Below are positions 1-7,700 of a DNA stretch of 32,000 bases, in pieces; the stretch's first letter is position 1; the number at the start of each line of letters is the position of its first letter. The DNA comes from Breznakia sp. PF5-3. Lineage in GTDB: Bacteria; Bacillota_I; Bacilli_A; Erysipelotrichales; Erysipelotrichaceae. The notes beneath the pieces were generated by a model. The model saw only the letters and a list, made by a program, of their open reading frames with translations. It searched no databases and had not been told where the DNA came from. Made by a program: the position numbers and the translations under genes. The DNA lies in contig NZ_JAQFIQ010000009.1 of assembly GCF_029504745.1 (NCBI RefSeq), positions 30,001-62,000 on the forward strand, given 5' to 3'.

Positions 1-102
1 AACATCCAAAGGAGAGGTGTTTATTAAATATGTGCTAATACCATCAGAAGATATCTTTCTAAATGAATAGGGTTGTAACGCAAAGGGTGTTGTAAAACAA
101 TT

Positions 103-142
103 AAAAAGGATATCAACTCAATAATGGGAAGATATCCTTTTT
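103..142. terminator. Bidirectional rho-independent terminator-like hairpin just past the 3' end of the hemolysin-III gene
   Basis: AAAAAGGATATC (103-114) is the exact reverse complement of GATATCCTTTTT (131-142), with a 16-nt loop. An A-run and a T-run flank the stem. It lies 22 nt beyond the stop of the minus-strand CDS ending at 165. Confidence 0.5.
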
Positions 143-164
143 ATGGATTCTATTAAGAATGTTT

Positions 165-815
165 TCACATGAAGAACACAATTGCAATAAAATGTGTAGC
201 AGAAGCAAATATAATAAACATATGCCATATAGAGTGAGCAAATTTCCATTTACGAGAATAGAAATATGCACCAATAGAATATAAGATTCCGCCAACGACA
301 ATTAAGGATAAGAAAAGAGGACTTGCATTTTGGAGTAATGCAGGGATAAAGAATACTGCAGTCCAACCCATAACTAAATAGATAGTCAATGATAATTTAG
401 GTAAACTCTTTTTAGAAAGGGATTTATATAGGATTCCAATAAGAACCATAGCCCATTGTACAATTAAGATGATAATACCTTCAATTCCTTGAATTAAGCA
501 AAGTGCAATAGGCGTATAGCTACCAGCAATTGCAAAATATATAAAGATATGATCTAAAATACGAAATACAACTTTGTGAGGACTGTCAAAAGCCATAGCA
601 TGATACAAAGTTGATACTAAAAACATCATGAAAATACAGATTGTAAAGACACTGACACCAAATGCTCGTAAGGTCCCTCCAACTGTATAAGAATATACCG
701 CAGCTGCTGGAATAAGCGCTAACATGATGAAAGCCATAACACCATGAGAAACACAATTGAACACTTCTTCGCCAAATGATAGTTTTAATAAATCTTTCAT
801 TCCATTTCTTCTCAT
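165..815 (-). CDS. Hemolysin III / PAQR family integral membrane protein (YplQ-like)
   Basis: 216-aa polytopic membrane protein. It carries the family pattern N-terminal GEE..N..SHG, then STLYH, LDH..IY..IAGSYTP, and C-terminal HSIWH.F....THF. GAGGTGGG Shine-Dalgarno (SD) sequence 8 nt upstream of the ATG at 815 on the minus strand. Confidence 0.85.
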   Translation of the reverse strand: MRRNGMKDLLKLSFGEEVFNCVSHGVMAFIMLALIPAAAVYSYTVGGTLRAFGVSVFTICIFMMFLVSTLYHAMAFDSPHKVVFRILDHIFIYFAIAGSYTPIALCLIQGIEGIIILIVQWAMVLIGILYKSLSKKSLPKLSLTIYLVMGWTAVFFIPALLQNASPLFLSLIVVGGILYSIGAYFYSRKWKFAHSIWHMFIIFASATHFIAIVFFM

Positions 816-853
816 TATTTACCCACCTCATTATTATTAAAATTAATATCACT

Positions 854-882
854 ATTGTATTCCTTATTGTCATAAAGGTCAA
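854..882 (-). promoter_or_regulatory. Candidate sigma-A promoter for the hemolysin-III gene
   Basis: On the minus strand: TTGACC (complement of 877-882), a 17-nt spacer, then TACAAT (complement of 854-859). Confidence 0.45.
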
Positions 883-909
883 ATTTAATAACGTATTCAA
901 TAGAAACTA

Positions 910-918
910 TGATATAAT
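910..918 (+). promoter_or_regulatory. Candidate extended -10 element upstream of smc
   Basis: TGaTATAAT at 910-918. No convincing -35 hexamer at 16-18 nt spacing. Confidence 0.35.
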
Positions 919-943
919 ATTTTAGTGAAGTTTGGAGGTTTTT

Positions 944-3880
944 ATGTTTCTTAAAAGAGTAGAGTTACAAGGGTTTAAATCGTTTGCTGATAAGACAGTA
1001 ATTGAGTTTGAGAATGATGTAACTGGAATCGTAGGACCAAATGGATGTGGAAAAAGCAATGTAAATGATGCTATCCGCTGGGTATTAGGTGAACAGAGTG
1101 CAAAATCATTGCGTGGTTCGAATATGAGCGACGTTATTTTTTCTGGTTCACAAGGAAGAAAAGCGATTAATATGGCAGAAGTTACATTGGTGTTTGATAA
1201 TACCAAAAAACATTTCGATGTAGAATTTGAAGAAGTGGCTATAACCCGCCGATTGTTTCGAAATAGCGGAGAGGCTGAGTATTTAATAAATAATACGCCA
1301 TGCCGTCTAAAAGATGTTGTAAACATGGTTATGGATAGTGGATTGGGAAGAGATTCTTTGTCTGTTATATCACAAGGAAATATTCAAAGTTTTGTAGAAT
1401 CTCGTCCAGAGGATCGTCGTGCATTATTTGAAGAGGCGGCAGGAGTTGCTAAATATAAAAAACGTAAGAATGAGTCTTTAAATAAGTTGAACCGCACACA
1501 AGAGAATTTATTACGTGTAGAAGATATTGTAGAAGAATTAGAAGCTAGGGTAAATCCCCTAAAAAGGCAAGCTAAGAAAGCAGAAACATATCTTGAGAAA
1601 AAGAAGACATTGGAAACAATTGAAATCAGTGTTATCGTTGATGAAGTTCAATCATATAATTCTAAAATTGAAGAATTAAAGAATAAGTCTTTTGAAAACG
1701 AATCACAAAGAGCGATTGCGGAAACAACAATTCAAGTTGAAGATCAAAAGAATCAAGAGGATCGTCAAGAGATGTCAGTATTGGATAGTGAGGTTCATAA
1801 GTTACAAAATGAGTTTATGAATGTCGTGAATGAAATTTCTACATTGGATGCACGAAAGACGGAAATTGATGAAAAACGTAAATATACAATGGAATATGCT
1901 AGTGATGCAGAACGTATTGTAGAGTTGAAGAAAATGCTTGATGAAGCAAAATATGAATATGAAGATCGTGAAAAAAGATTAAAAGATTTAGATATTGATT
2001 ATGATTTGTCAGTTAAAAACTATGAGCGATTGGATCAAGAATTTACGAGTTTGGCAGAGCAAAATAGCAATATAACTTCTTATGTTAATAAATTGTCAAA
2101 CCGTAAAGAGGTATTATCCAACTTAATCAAGTCTCCCTTTAATCATCAACAAGGTGTAAAAACAATCATGGATGCAAAAGAAAGTTTATATGGTATCTGT
2201 GGGGTTGTATCTCAACTATTACTTCCTAAAGAAGGATATGAAGAAGCTATTTCAAGTGCTCTTGGAGGAGCTTTATATCATATTGTTAGTGAAGATGAAG
2301 ATTGTGCGCGAAATGCGATTTCTTTCTTAAAAAAGAATAAGAGTGGGAGAGCTACATTTTTACCAAAAACGGTTTTGAAAGAACGAATGTTATCGCCAAA
2401 CGATACGATTGTTGCTGAAAATACAACAGGGTATTTAGGGGTTGCTAATGAATTCGTTGAATATGAAGATGATTATGCAATTGTTGCCAATGCACTATTG
2501 GGAAATGTGTTGGTGTGTGAAAAACTAATTCATGCAAATGAGTTAGCAAGATTATTAAAATATAATTATAAGATTATCACCTTAGATGGTGAAGTTGTCC
2601 ATAAAGGTGGAAGTATGACTGGTGGGAAGGTAAGAGATTCTTACTCGCCACTTACAATCGCAAAAGAATTAAAACAAGTAGAAGAAAAATTAGAAAAACA
2701 ACTGTTGATTAGTGATGATTTAAATGCGAAGTTGAATCAAACACGCATTCAGTTGCAAGGTGTTGATGAAGAAAAAAATCAACATCAATTAGCAATTGCC
2801 AAATTACAACCTTTGGTAGATGTGAAAAAGAGTAAATATGAAAAATTAAATGATGAATATAAAGAAATGAATCCTGAACTTTTAGAGGAAACCAATGTTC
2901 AAAAAGATGAACTGGTAATTAAATTGTCTGATGCACATTCTAGTAAAGATAAGATTGAAAGTGATTTACAAGTGAAACGAGATAGACGTTTTAAATTAGG
3001 ACGTGATGTAGAGAAACGAGAAGCTAGAATTCGGGATATTCGTCGTGATTTAAATGTTTTAAATAATTTAGAACGTGAGCAAGAAGTGGAACGAGTTAAA
3101 TGTGAGACAAACTTAGAAAATGTTTTACAACGTTTATCAAGTATATATGAAATGACATTTGAACACGCGAAAACTTTAAAGCAAGATCAAAGTGATGTTG
3201 AAGCAGCACGAGAAGAGGTGCTTCGTTTACGCTCAGAAATAGCAAAACTAGGGAATGTAAACCTTGATGCACCAGAGGAATATAAAGAAGTATCAGAGCG
3301 GTTTGAATTACTTGTTTCACAACGTGACGAACTGCTGGAAGCTAAAAACAAAATTTTAGAAGCAATCGATGAAATGGATGAAGTTATGATAAAACAGTTT
3401 AGTGAAATGTTTTATAAAATCAATGAAGAATTAAAAGAAACTTTCCGGGCATTGTTTGGTGGTGGAAAAGCAGACTTGTATTTGACAGATCCTGAAGATG
3501 TATTGAACAGTGGGATTGAAATTACTGTGCAACCTCCAGGTAAGAGTATTGAAAACATGCGATCATTATCAGGTGGTGAAAAAGCTCTTTTGGCAATGAG
3601 TGTATTGTTCGCCATTTTACGAGCAAGAACGATTCCGCTTTGTATTTTTGATGAGGTTGAAGCTGCACTTGATCAAGCCAATGTTGAGAAGTTTGCAAAA
3701 TATGTTTCAAACTTCCGTGGTGAATCACAGTTTATTATTGTAACACATCGACCTGGAACTATGAGTCAATGTGATGCACTTTATGGTGTGACTATGCAAA
3801 AAGATGGGGTTTCTAAATTTTTGAAAGTTAAACTTAAAGATGCAATGGATTATGTGCAACCTGAAGGAGAGGTATCATAA
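944..3880 (+). CDS. smc: Chromosome partition protein SMC
   Basis: N-terminal MFLKRVELQGFKSF plus Walker A GPNGCGKSN, long coiled-coil arms and a hinge. C-terminal signature LSGGEKAL and Walker B CIFDEVEAALD. I prefer the ATG at 944 (GGAGG at 934-938, 5 nt upstream) over the ORF-track TTG at 932, which overlaps that SD. Confidence 0.95.
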   Translation: MFLKRVELQGFKSFADKTVIEFENDVTGIVGPNGCGKSNVNDAIRWVLGEQSAKSLRGSNMSDVIFSGSQGRKAINMAEVTLVFDNTKKHFDVEFEEVAITRRLFRNSGEAEYLINNTPCRLKDVVNMVMDSGLGRDSLSVISQGNIQSFVESRPEDRRALFEEAAGVAKYKKRKNESLNKLNRTQENLLRVEDIVEELEARVNPLKRQAKKAETYLEKKKTLETIEISVIVDEVQSYNSKIEELKNKSFENESQRAIAETTIQVEDQKNQEDRQEMSVLDSEVHKLQNEFMNVVNEISTLDARKTEIDEKRKYTMEYASDAERIVELKKMLDEAKYEYEDREKRLKDLDIDYDLSVKNYERLDQEFTSLAEQNSNITSYVNKLSNRKEVLSNLIKSPFNHQQGVKTIMDAKESLYGICGVVSQLLLPKEGYEEAISSALGGALYHIVSEDEDCARNAISFLKKNKSGRATFLPKTVLKERMLSPNDTIVAENTTGYLGVANEFVEYEDDYAIVANALLGNVLVCEKLIHANELARLLKYNYKIITLDGEVVHKGGSMTGGKVRDSYSPLTIAKELKQVEEKLEKQLLISDDLNAKLNQTRIQLQGVDEEKNQHQLAIAKLQPLVDVKKSKYEKLNDEYKEMNPELLEETNVQKDELVIKLSDAHSSKDKIESDLQVKRDRRFKLGRDVEKREARIRDIRRDLNVLNNLEREQEVERVKCETNLENVLQRLSSIYEMTFEHAKTLKQDQSDVEAAREEVLRLRSEIAKLGNVNLDAPEEYKEVSERFELLVSQRDELLEAKNKILEAIDEMDEVMIKQFSEMFYKINEELKETFRALFGGGKADLYLTDPEDVLNSGIEITVQPPGKSIENMRSLSGGEKALLAMSVLFAILRARTIPLCIFDEVEAALDQANVEKFAKYVSNFRGESQFIIVTHRPGTMSQCDALYGVTMQKDGVSKFLKVKLKDAMDYVQPEGEVS

Positions 3881-4842
3881 TGGGATTTTTAAAGAAATTA
3901 AAAAAAACATTTTCAGGAAAACAAGATAGTGATTACTATTTAAGTGGATTATCAAAATCAAGAACTTCTTTCGCTACAAAATTAAAGCGATTAGCGGGAG
4001 GTTTTCAAGGGGTTACAGAAGATTTTTTAGAAGAGTTGATGATAATTTTGTTGGAAGCGGACCTTGGTATTGAGACTGCGGATAAAATCATTCAATCTGT
4101 TGAAAAAAAGGCACTTGATAGTAAGGCTAGTTCAATGGAAGATATCAATGATATTCTATTTGAAGAAATGATGGAATTATATACATCTTATGAAGATCCT
4201 GAGTTTATATTAAATGAAGAAGGTCCAACGGTTATTTTAATGGTTGGTGTAAATGGTAGTGGAAAAACGACTACAAGTGCAAAATTAGCGAATAAATTCA
4301 AAGAAGAAGGAAAAGATGTGGTATTGGTTGCAGCAGATACATTCCGTGCTGGAGCAGTTGATCAGTTAAAGCGTTGGTCAGATCGTATAGGTGTTGAATG
4401 TGTTATGGGAAAAGCGAACGCAGATCCAGCAAGTGTAATCGTGGATGGTTGTCGTTTTGCTAAAGAACACAAGAAAGATATTATCATTGCTGATACAGCA
4501 GGAAGGTTGCAAAACAAAGTTAATTTGATGAATGAGTTAGCGAAAATGCACAAAGTAATTGATCGTGAAATTCCAGGGCAACCTGCAGCAGTCTGGTTAG
4601 TAATTGATGCTACAACAGGTCAAAATGGAATTTCCCAAGCAAAAGAATTTACCAGTGCGACAAACGTCAATGGAATCATTTTAACGAAACTAGATGGAAG
4701 TGCAAAAGGTGGTATTGTAATTGCTATTCGTAATCTATTAGGGTTACCTGTTAAATACGTAGGATTAGGTGAAAATATTGATGACTTGAAGGAGTTTGAT
4801 ATTGAATCTTTTATCTATGGATTGTGTGGAGACCTAGATTAA
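3880..4842 (+). CDS. ftsY: Signal recognition particle receptor FtsY
   Basis: NG domain motifs GVNGSGKTTT, DTAGR and TKLDG. Its start overlaps the smc stop (TAATG). Canonical position after smc. Confidence 0.95.
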   Translation: MGFLKKLKKTFSGKQDSDYYLSGLSKSRTSFATKLKRLAGGFQGVTEDFLEELMIILLEADLGIETADKIIQSVEKKALDSKASSMEDINDILFEEMMELYTSYEDPEFILNEEGPTVILMVGVNGSGKTTTSAKLANKFKEEGKDVVLVAADTFRAGAVDQLKRWSDRIGVECVMGKANADPASVIVDGCRFAKEHKKDIIIADTAGRLQNKVNLMNELAKMHKVIDREIPGQPAAVWLVIDATTGQNGISQAKEFTSATNVNGIILTKLDGSAKGGIVIAIRNLLGLPVKYVGLGENIDDLKEFDIESFIYGLCGDLD

Positions 4843-5163
4843 ATGAAACCATATGAAAAAATGAACAAGTTACTGGATTTTTATGAATGTTTATTAACTG
4901 CAAAACAACAAGAAATTATGAATTATTATTATCGTGATGATTATTCGTTAAGTGAGATTGCAGAGAATTTAAAGATAACAAGAAGTGCTGTTCAAGATAA
5001 TATCAAACGTGCATCTCATAGTTTGGAAACATATGAGACAAAATTAAAATTGAGTAAAAAATATCATCATCGTTTAACGTTATATGAAAAACTAAACTTG
5101 ATGGATGATTCTAAAATAAAGGAAATATATAAACAATTATTAGAAAGCGAGGATGAAGTATGA
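4843..5163 (+). CDS. ylxM: YlxM/p13-like putative helix-turn-helix protein (UPF0122)
   Basis: 106 aa with LTAKQQEIMNYYYRDDYSLSEIAE...ITRSAVQDNIKRA..L..YE.KL, the typical YlxM pattern. Sits immediately after ftsY, as in Bacillus. Confidence 0.8.
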   Translation: MKPYEKMNKLLDFYECLLTAKQQEIMNYYYRDDYSLSEIAENLKITRSAVQDNIKRASHSLETYETKLKLSKKYHHRLTLYEKLNLMDDSKIKEIYKQLLESEDEV

Positions 5164-6353
5164 GTAAGATTATTGCAGTTAATGCAGGGAGTTCTTCTTT
5201 AAAGTTTCAATTATATGAAATGCCAGAAGAAACAGTTTTAACAAGTGGGATTGTAGAAAGAATTGGATTTGAGGATGCGATTTTCACAATTCTTGTTGAT
5301 GGTGAAAAAGTTAGTAAAACACTACCAGTGAAGGATCACAAAGTAGCTGTAAATTTAGTTCTAAATGCACTTGTTGAGCACAATATTGTTGATGATTTAA
5401 GTGATATTGTTGCGGCAGGACACCGTGTTGTACATGGTGGAGAATATTTCTCTAAAAGTGTTTTAGTTAATGAAGATGTTGTAGAAAAGGTTGAGGAACT
5501 ATGTGATTTGGCGCCATTGCATAATCCAGGCGCATTGATTGGATATCGCGCATTTAAAGAAAGTTTACCAGGGAGCCAACATGTTTTTACCTTTGATACA
5601 GCGTTCCATCAAACGATGAAGGCAGATTCATATATATATCCATTACCTTATGAATGGTATACAGATTATAAAGTTCGTCGCTATGGAATGCATGGAACAT
5701 CTCATCAATTTGTATCACAACGTTGTGCAGAATTGTTAGGGAAAGACTTAAAAGATACAAAAATCATTACTTTACATTTAGGTGGAGGTGCTTCAATCAC
5801 GGCGATTGAGGGTGGAAAAAGCATCAATACATCAATGGGATTTACACCTCTTGGTGGAATTATGATGGGAACTCGTTGTGGTGATATTGATCCTGCAATT
5901 GTACCTTTCATGAGTGAAAAATTAGATGCATCGCCAAAAGAAATGGATACAATCTTGAATAAAAAATCAGGAATGCTTGGTGTATCGGGAATTTCAAGTG
6001 ATGGTCGTGATATTGAAAAAGCAGGACTTGAAGGGAATGAACGTGCAGTATTGACTATGGATATCTTTGTGAATCGTGTTATTCAAACGGTGGGTTCTTA
6101 TTATGCACAACTAGAAGGTGTTGATGCAATTGTCTTCACGGCTGGAATCGGCGAGAATGATATTAAAACGCGTGAAAGAATTATGCGTAAATTAGAACCT
6201 ATATTGGGAACATCAGTGGATGTTGAAGCAAATAAAGTTCGTGGTGAAGAAAAAATGTTAACGACAGCTGATGCGAGAACAAAAGTGTTTTTAATTCCAA
6301 CAAATGAAGAGGTTATGATTGTAAGAGACACATATGCAATCACAAATAAATAA
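5160..6353 (+). CDS. ackA: Acetate kinase
   Basis: IIAVNAGSSSLKFQLY N-terminus, plus HRVVHGG, FDTAFHQTMP-like and GMHGTSH motifs. ATGA overlap with the ylxM stop. Confidence 0.95.
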   Translation: MSKIIAVNAGSSSLKFQLYEMPEETVLTSGIVERIGFEDAIFTILVDGEKVSKTLPVKDHKVAVNLVLNALVEHNIVDDLSDIVAAGHRVVHGGEYFSKSVLVNEDVVEKVEELCDLAPLHNPGALIGYRAFKESLPGSQHVFTFDTAFHQTMKADSYIYPLPYEWYTDYKVRRYGMHGTSHQFVSQRCAELLGKDLKDTKIITLHLGGGASITAIEGGKSINTSMGFTPLGGIMMGTRCGDIDPAIVPFMSEKLDASPKEMDTILNKKSGMLGVSGISSDGRDIEKAGLEGNERAVLTMDIFVNRVIQTVGSYYAQLEGVDAIVFTAGIGENDIKTRERIMRKLEPILGTSVDVEANKVRGEEKMLTTADARTKVFLIPTNEEVMIVRDTYAITNK

Positions 6354-7303
6354 TGTTTGATTTATTAAAAGAAATAGCAGCATATGATATTATAACAATC
6401 TTTCGTCATCAGAGTGCTGATGCGGACGCATTAGGCTCTCAGTATGGGATGAAAACGTTTTTGAAGGAATGTTATCCAGAAAAATTGGTTTTTGCGTTAG
6501 GAGAAGATGTAGGCAGTGCTGCTAAGTTGTTTCCGCCGATTGATCATGCGAGTGATGAGCAAATTGAAAAATCTTGTGCCATCATTTTAGATACTGCAAA
6601 TACAGAGCGTATAGATGATCAACGGTATTCAACAGCTAAAAAGGTTATTAAGATTGACCATCATATTGTAGTTGAAAATTTTGCCGATGTATCATACGTA
6701 GATACAAATGCAGCAGCAACTTGTGAGATTTTAGCAATGCTTTTTAAAAGAGCTGAATATCAAGTAAGTCCAGCATGTGCAAAATATTTATATTTAGGTA
6801 TTTTGGCTGATTCGATATCTTTCACAACAACTTCAACAACGCAAAATACATTACTAGCTGCTGCTTATTTGGTAGGATGTGGATTGGATGTGAATAAAAT
6901 CAATCAAGAACGTACAGGTATAAGTGTAGAAGATTTTAAGTATGCAACACGTATTCGTGAACGTGTTAAAGTAGAGGACAAGGTAGCTTATTCTATTATG
7001 GATGCTGATGATTATGAATCCTTGGGATTAAATTATAATTTAGCAAAAGAAAAAGTTTACGCCCTTTCTGATGTGATTGATTTTGAAATATATTGTTTAT
7101 TTACAGAAGATCTAACATATGGTAGTAAAGGACTTTACAATGGATCATTGCGTTCCAAAAATGTACCTATCAATGAAATTGCCAATGTATATAATGGTGG
7201 AGGGCATGCACATGCATGTGGTGTGAAAAAATTAGATATTAATCAAATTAAAAATTTAATTGATGATTTATTAAAACTTAGCAATAGCCATTATTTGAAA
7301 TAA
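6353..7303 (+). CDS. DHH/DHHA1 family phosphoesterase (NrnA-like oligoribonuclease / pAp phosphatase type)
   Basis: Motifs RHQSADADALGS, ILDTAN, KIDHH and DHHA1 GGGHAHACG. TAATG overlap with the ackA stop. Confidence 0.8.
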   Translation: MFDLLKEIAAYDIITIFRHQSADADALGSQYGMKTFLKECYPEKLVFALGEDVGSAAKLFPPIDHASDEQIEKSCAIILDTANTERIDDQRYSTAKKVIKIDHHIVVENFADVSYVDTNAAATCEILAMLFKRAEYQVSPACAKYLYLGILADSISFTTTSTTQNTLLAAAYLVGCGLDVNKINQERTGISVEDFKYATRIRERVKVEDKVAYSIMDADDYESLGLNYNLAKEKVYALSDVIDFEIYCLFTEDLTYGSKGLYNGSLRSKNVPINEIANVYNGGGHAHACGVKKLDINQIKNLIDDLLKLSNSHYLK

Positions 7304-7317
7304 TGGCTATTTTTTTG
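7283..7317 (+). terminator. Rho-independent terminator of the smc-to-DHH operon
   Basis: AATAGCCATTATT (7283-7295) and AATAATGGCTATT (7299-7311) form perfect 13-nt arms, followed by TTTTTT. The hairpin spans the stop codon. Confidence 0.8.
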
Positions 7318-7324
7318 TAAGCCC

Positions 7325-7353
7325 TTGCAATGCAATTCTAATTATGTTAGATT
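7325..7353 (+). promoter_or_regulatory. Candidate orphan sigma-A promoter with extended -10
   Basis: TTGCAA (7325-7330), a 17-nt spacer ending in TGt, then TAGATT (7348-7353). Located between two terminators with no ORF downstream. Confidence 0.35.
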
Positions 7354-7359
7354 GTAAGT

Positions 7360-7436
7360 AGTAACAAGGGTAGTTATTGTAACGTTACAAGCTAAACCTA
7401 TTTACAAACTTTTTGTTTGTGGATAGGTTTTCTTTA
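7360..7436 (+). ncRNA. Candidate small RNA of about 75 nt, unknown family, defined only by a promoter-like site and a strong terminator
   Basis: The predicted transcription start about 7 nt after the -10 gives a transcript without an ATG. It contains the perfect palindrome TTGTAACGTTACAA (7377-7390) and ends in the 16-bp hairpin at 7394-7430 plus a U-rich tail. Confidence 0.3.
7394..7436 (+). terminator. Strong rho-independent terminator with no upstream ORF
   Basis: AAACCTATTTACAAAC (7394-7409) pairs with GTTTGTGGATAGGTTT (7415-7430): 16 bp including two G-U pairs and a 5-nt loop, followed by TCTTTATTTATT. This is a second terminator about 80 nt after the operon terminator. Confidence 0.7.
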
Positions 7437-7666
7437 TTTATTGAGGGGGTGTTGTGGATAGACAATAGCATTTTTGACTATGGCATTTGCCAAACTCGCT
7501 TACAAAAGACGCAGTGAGGGACTGATGTTTAAATTATCGTCTGATTGGATACTTAATTATGGTGTAATTAAAAGGATTAAATACGAAATTCATACAGTAA
7601 GTTGAGAAGAAGAAAAGTATTTAAAAGTAAAATTAGATTAATGACAGTTTAAAAGAGAAAGGAGTT

Positions 7667-7690
7667 TATATTATATACCAATATAATATA
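7667..7690. repeat. 10-bp inverted repeat immediately upstream of the phosphoesterase start codon
   Basis: TATATTATAT (7667-7676), spacer acca, ATATAATATA (7681-7690). The right arm contains a TATAAT hexamer (7682-7687). Confidence 0.5.
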
Positions 7691-7700
7691 TTAGAAGAAA

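Noticed and set aside
1-70. Possible 3' end of an upstream plus-strand gene (frame 2, ...TSKGEVFIKYVLIPSEDIFLNE, stop at 68-70).
   Set aside because: Only 23 codons are visible, other frames also read through part of it, and no motif identifies it. It is therefore not reported as a feature.
932-943. ORF-track upstream starts: TTG 932 for smc, GTG 10124 for the YibE/F gene and TTG 20910 for ybeY.
   Set aside because: In each case a downstream ATG gives the family-typical N-terminus, and the upstream codon overlaps the SD or the promoter itself. I therefore used the shorter models.
922-1326. Long antisense ORFs from the ORF track. These are 922-1326, 10666-11082, 15383-15856, 16712-17110, 19015-19353, 21312-21713, 29125-29454 and 26856-27131, plus the shorter ORFs listed inside known genes.
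   Set aside because: Each lies entirely opposite or inside a gene with clear family motifs. Their translations are low-complexity or Ser/Ile/Phe-rich with no recognisable motifs and no SD. They are typical shadow ORFs of codon-biased genes. At 21312-21713 the plus-strand dgkA frame carries the DgkA motifs, so the minus frame is spurious.
7441-7600. Partial resemblances to riboswitch cores. GTGGATAG...GACTATGG resembles the purine class. GGGGGTG...CTGATTGGATA resembles TPP. GACGCAGTGAGGGAC resembles c-di-GMP-I.
   Set aside because: Each match covers only a few nucleotides. The spacing and the pairing partners required by the respective consensus structures are missing. I treat the region as an unclassified leader only.
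7480-7605. 41-codon ORF (MAFAKLAYKRRSEGLMFKLSSDWILNYGVIKRIKYEIHTVS) in the large gap.
   Set aside because: No Shine-Dalgarno within 20 nt of the ATG (or of the TTG at 7474), and no recognisable family. It could be a decayed gene fragment, but that cannot be supported from the sequence alone.
7667-7690. A/T inverted repeat considered as a dif/Xer recombination site.
   Set aside because: It shares only an ATATTAT core with the Bacillus dif sequence and lacks the flanking XerC/XerD arms. Low-complexity TA palindromes are common in AT-rich DNA.
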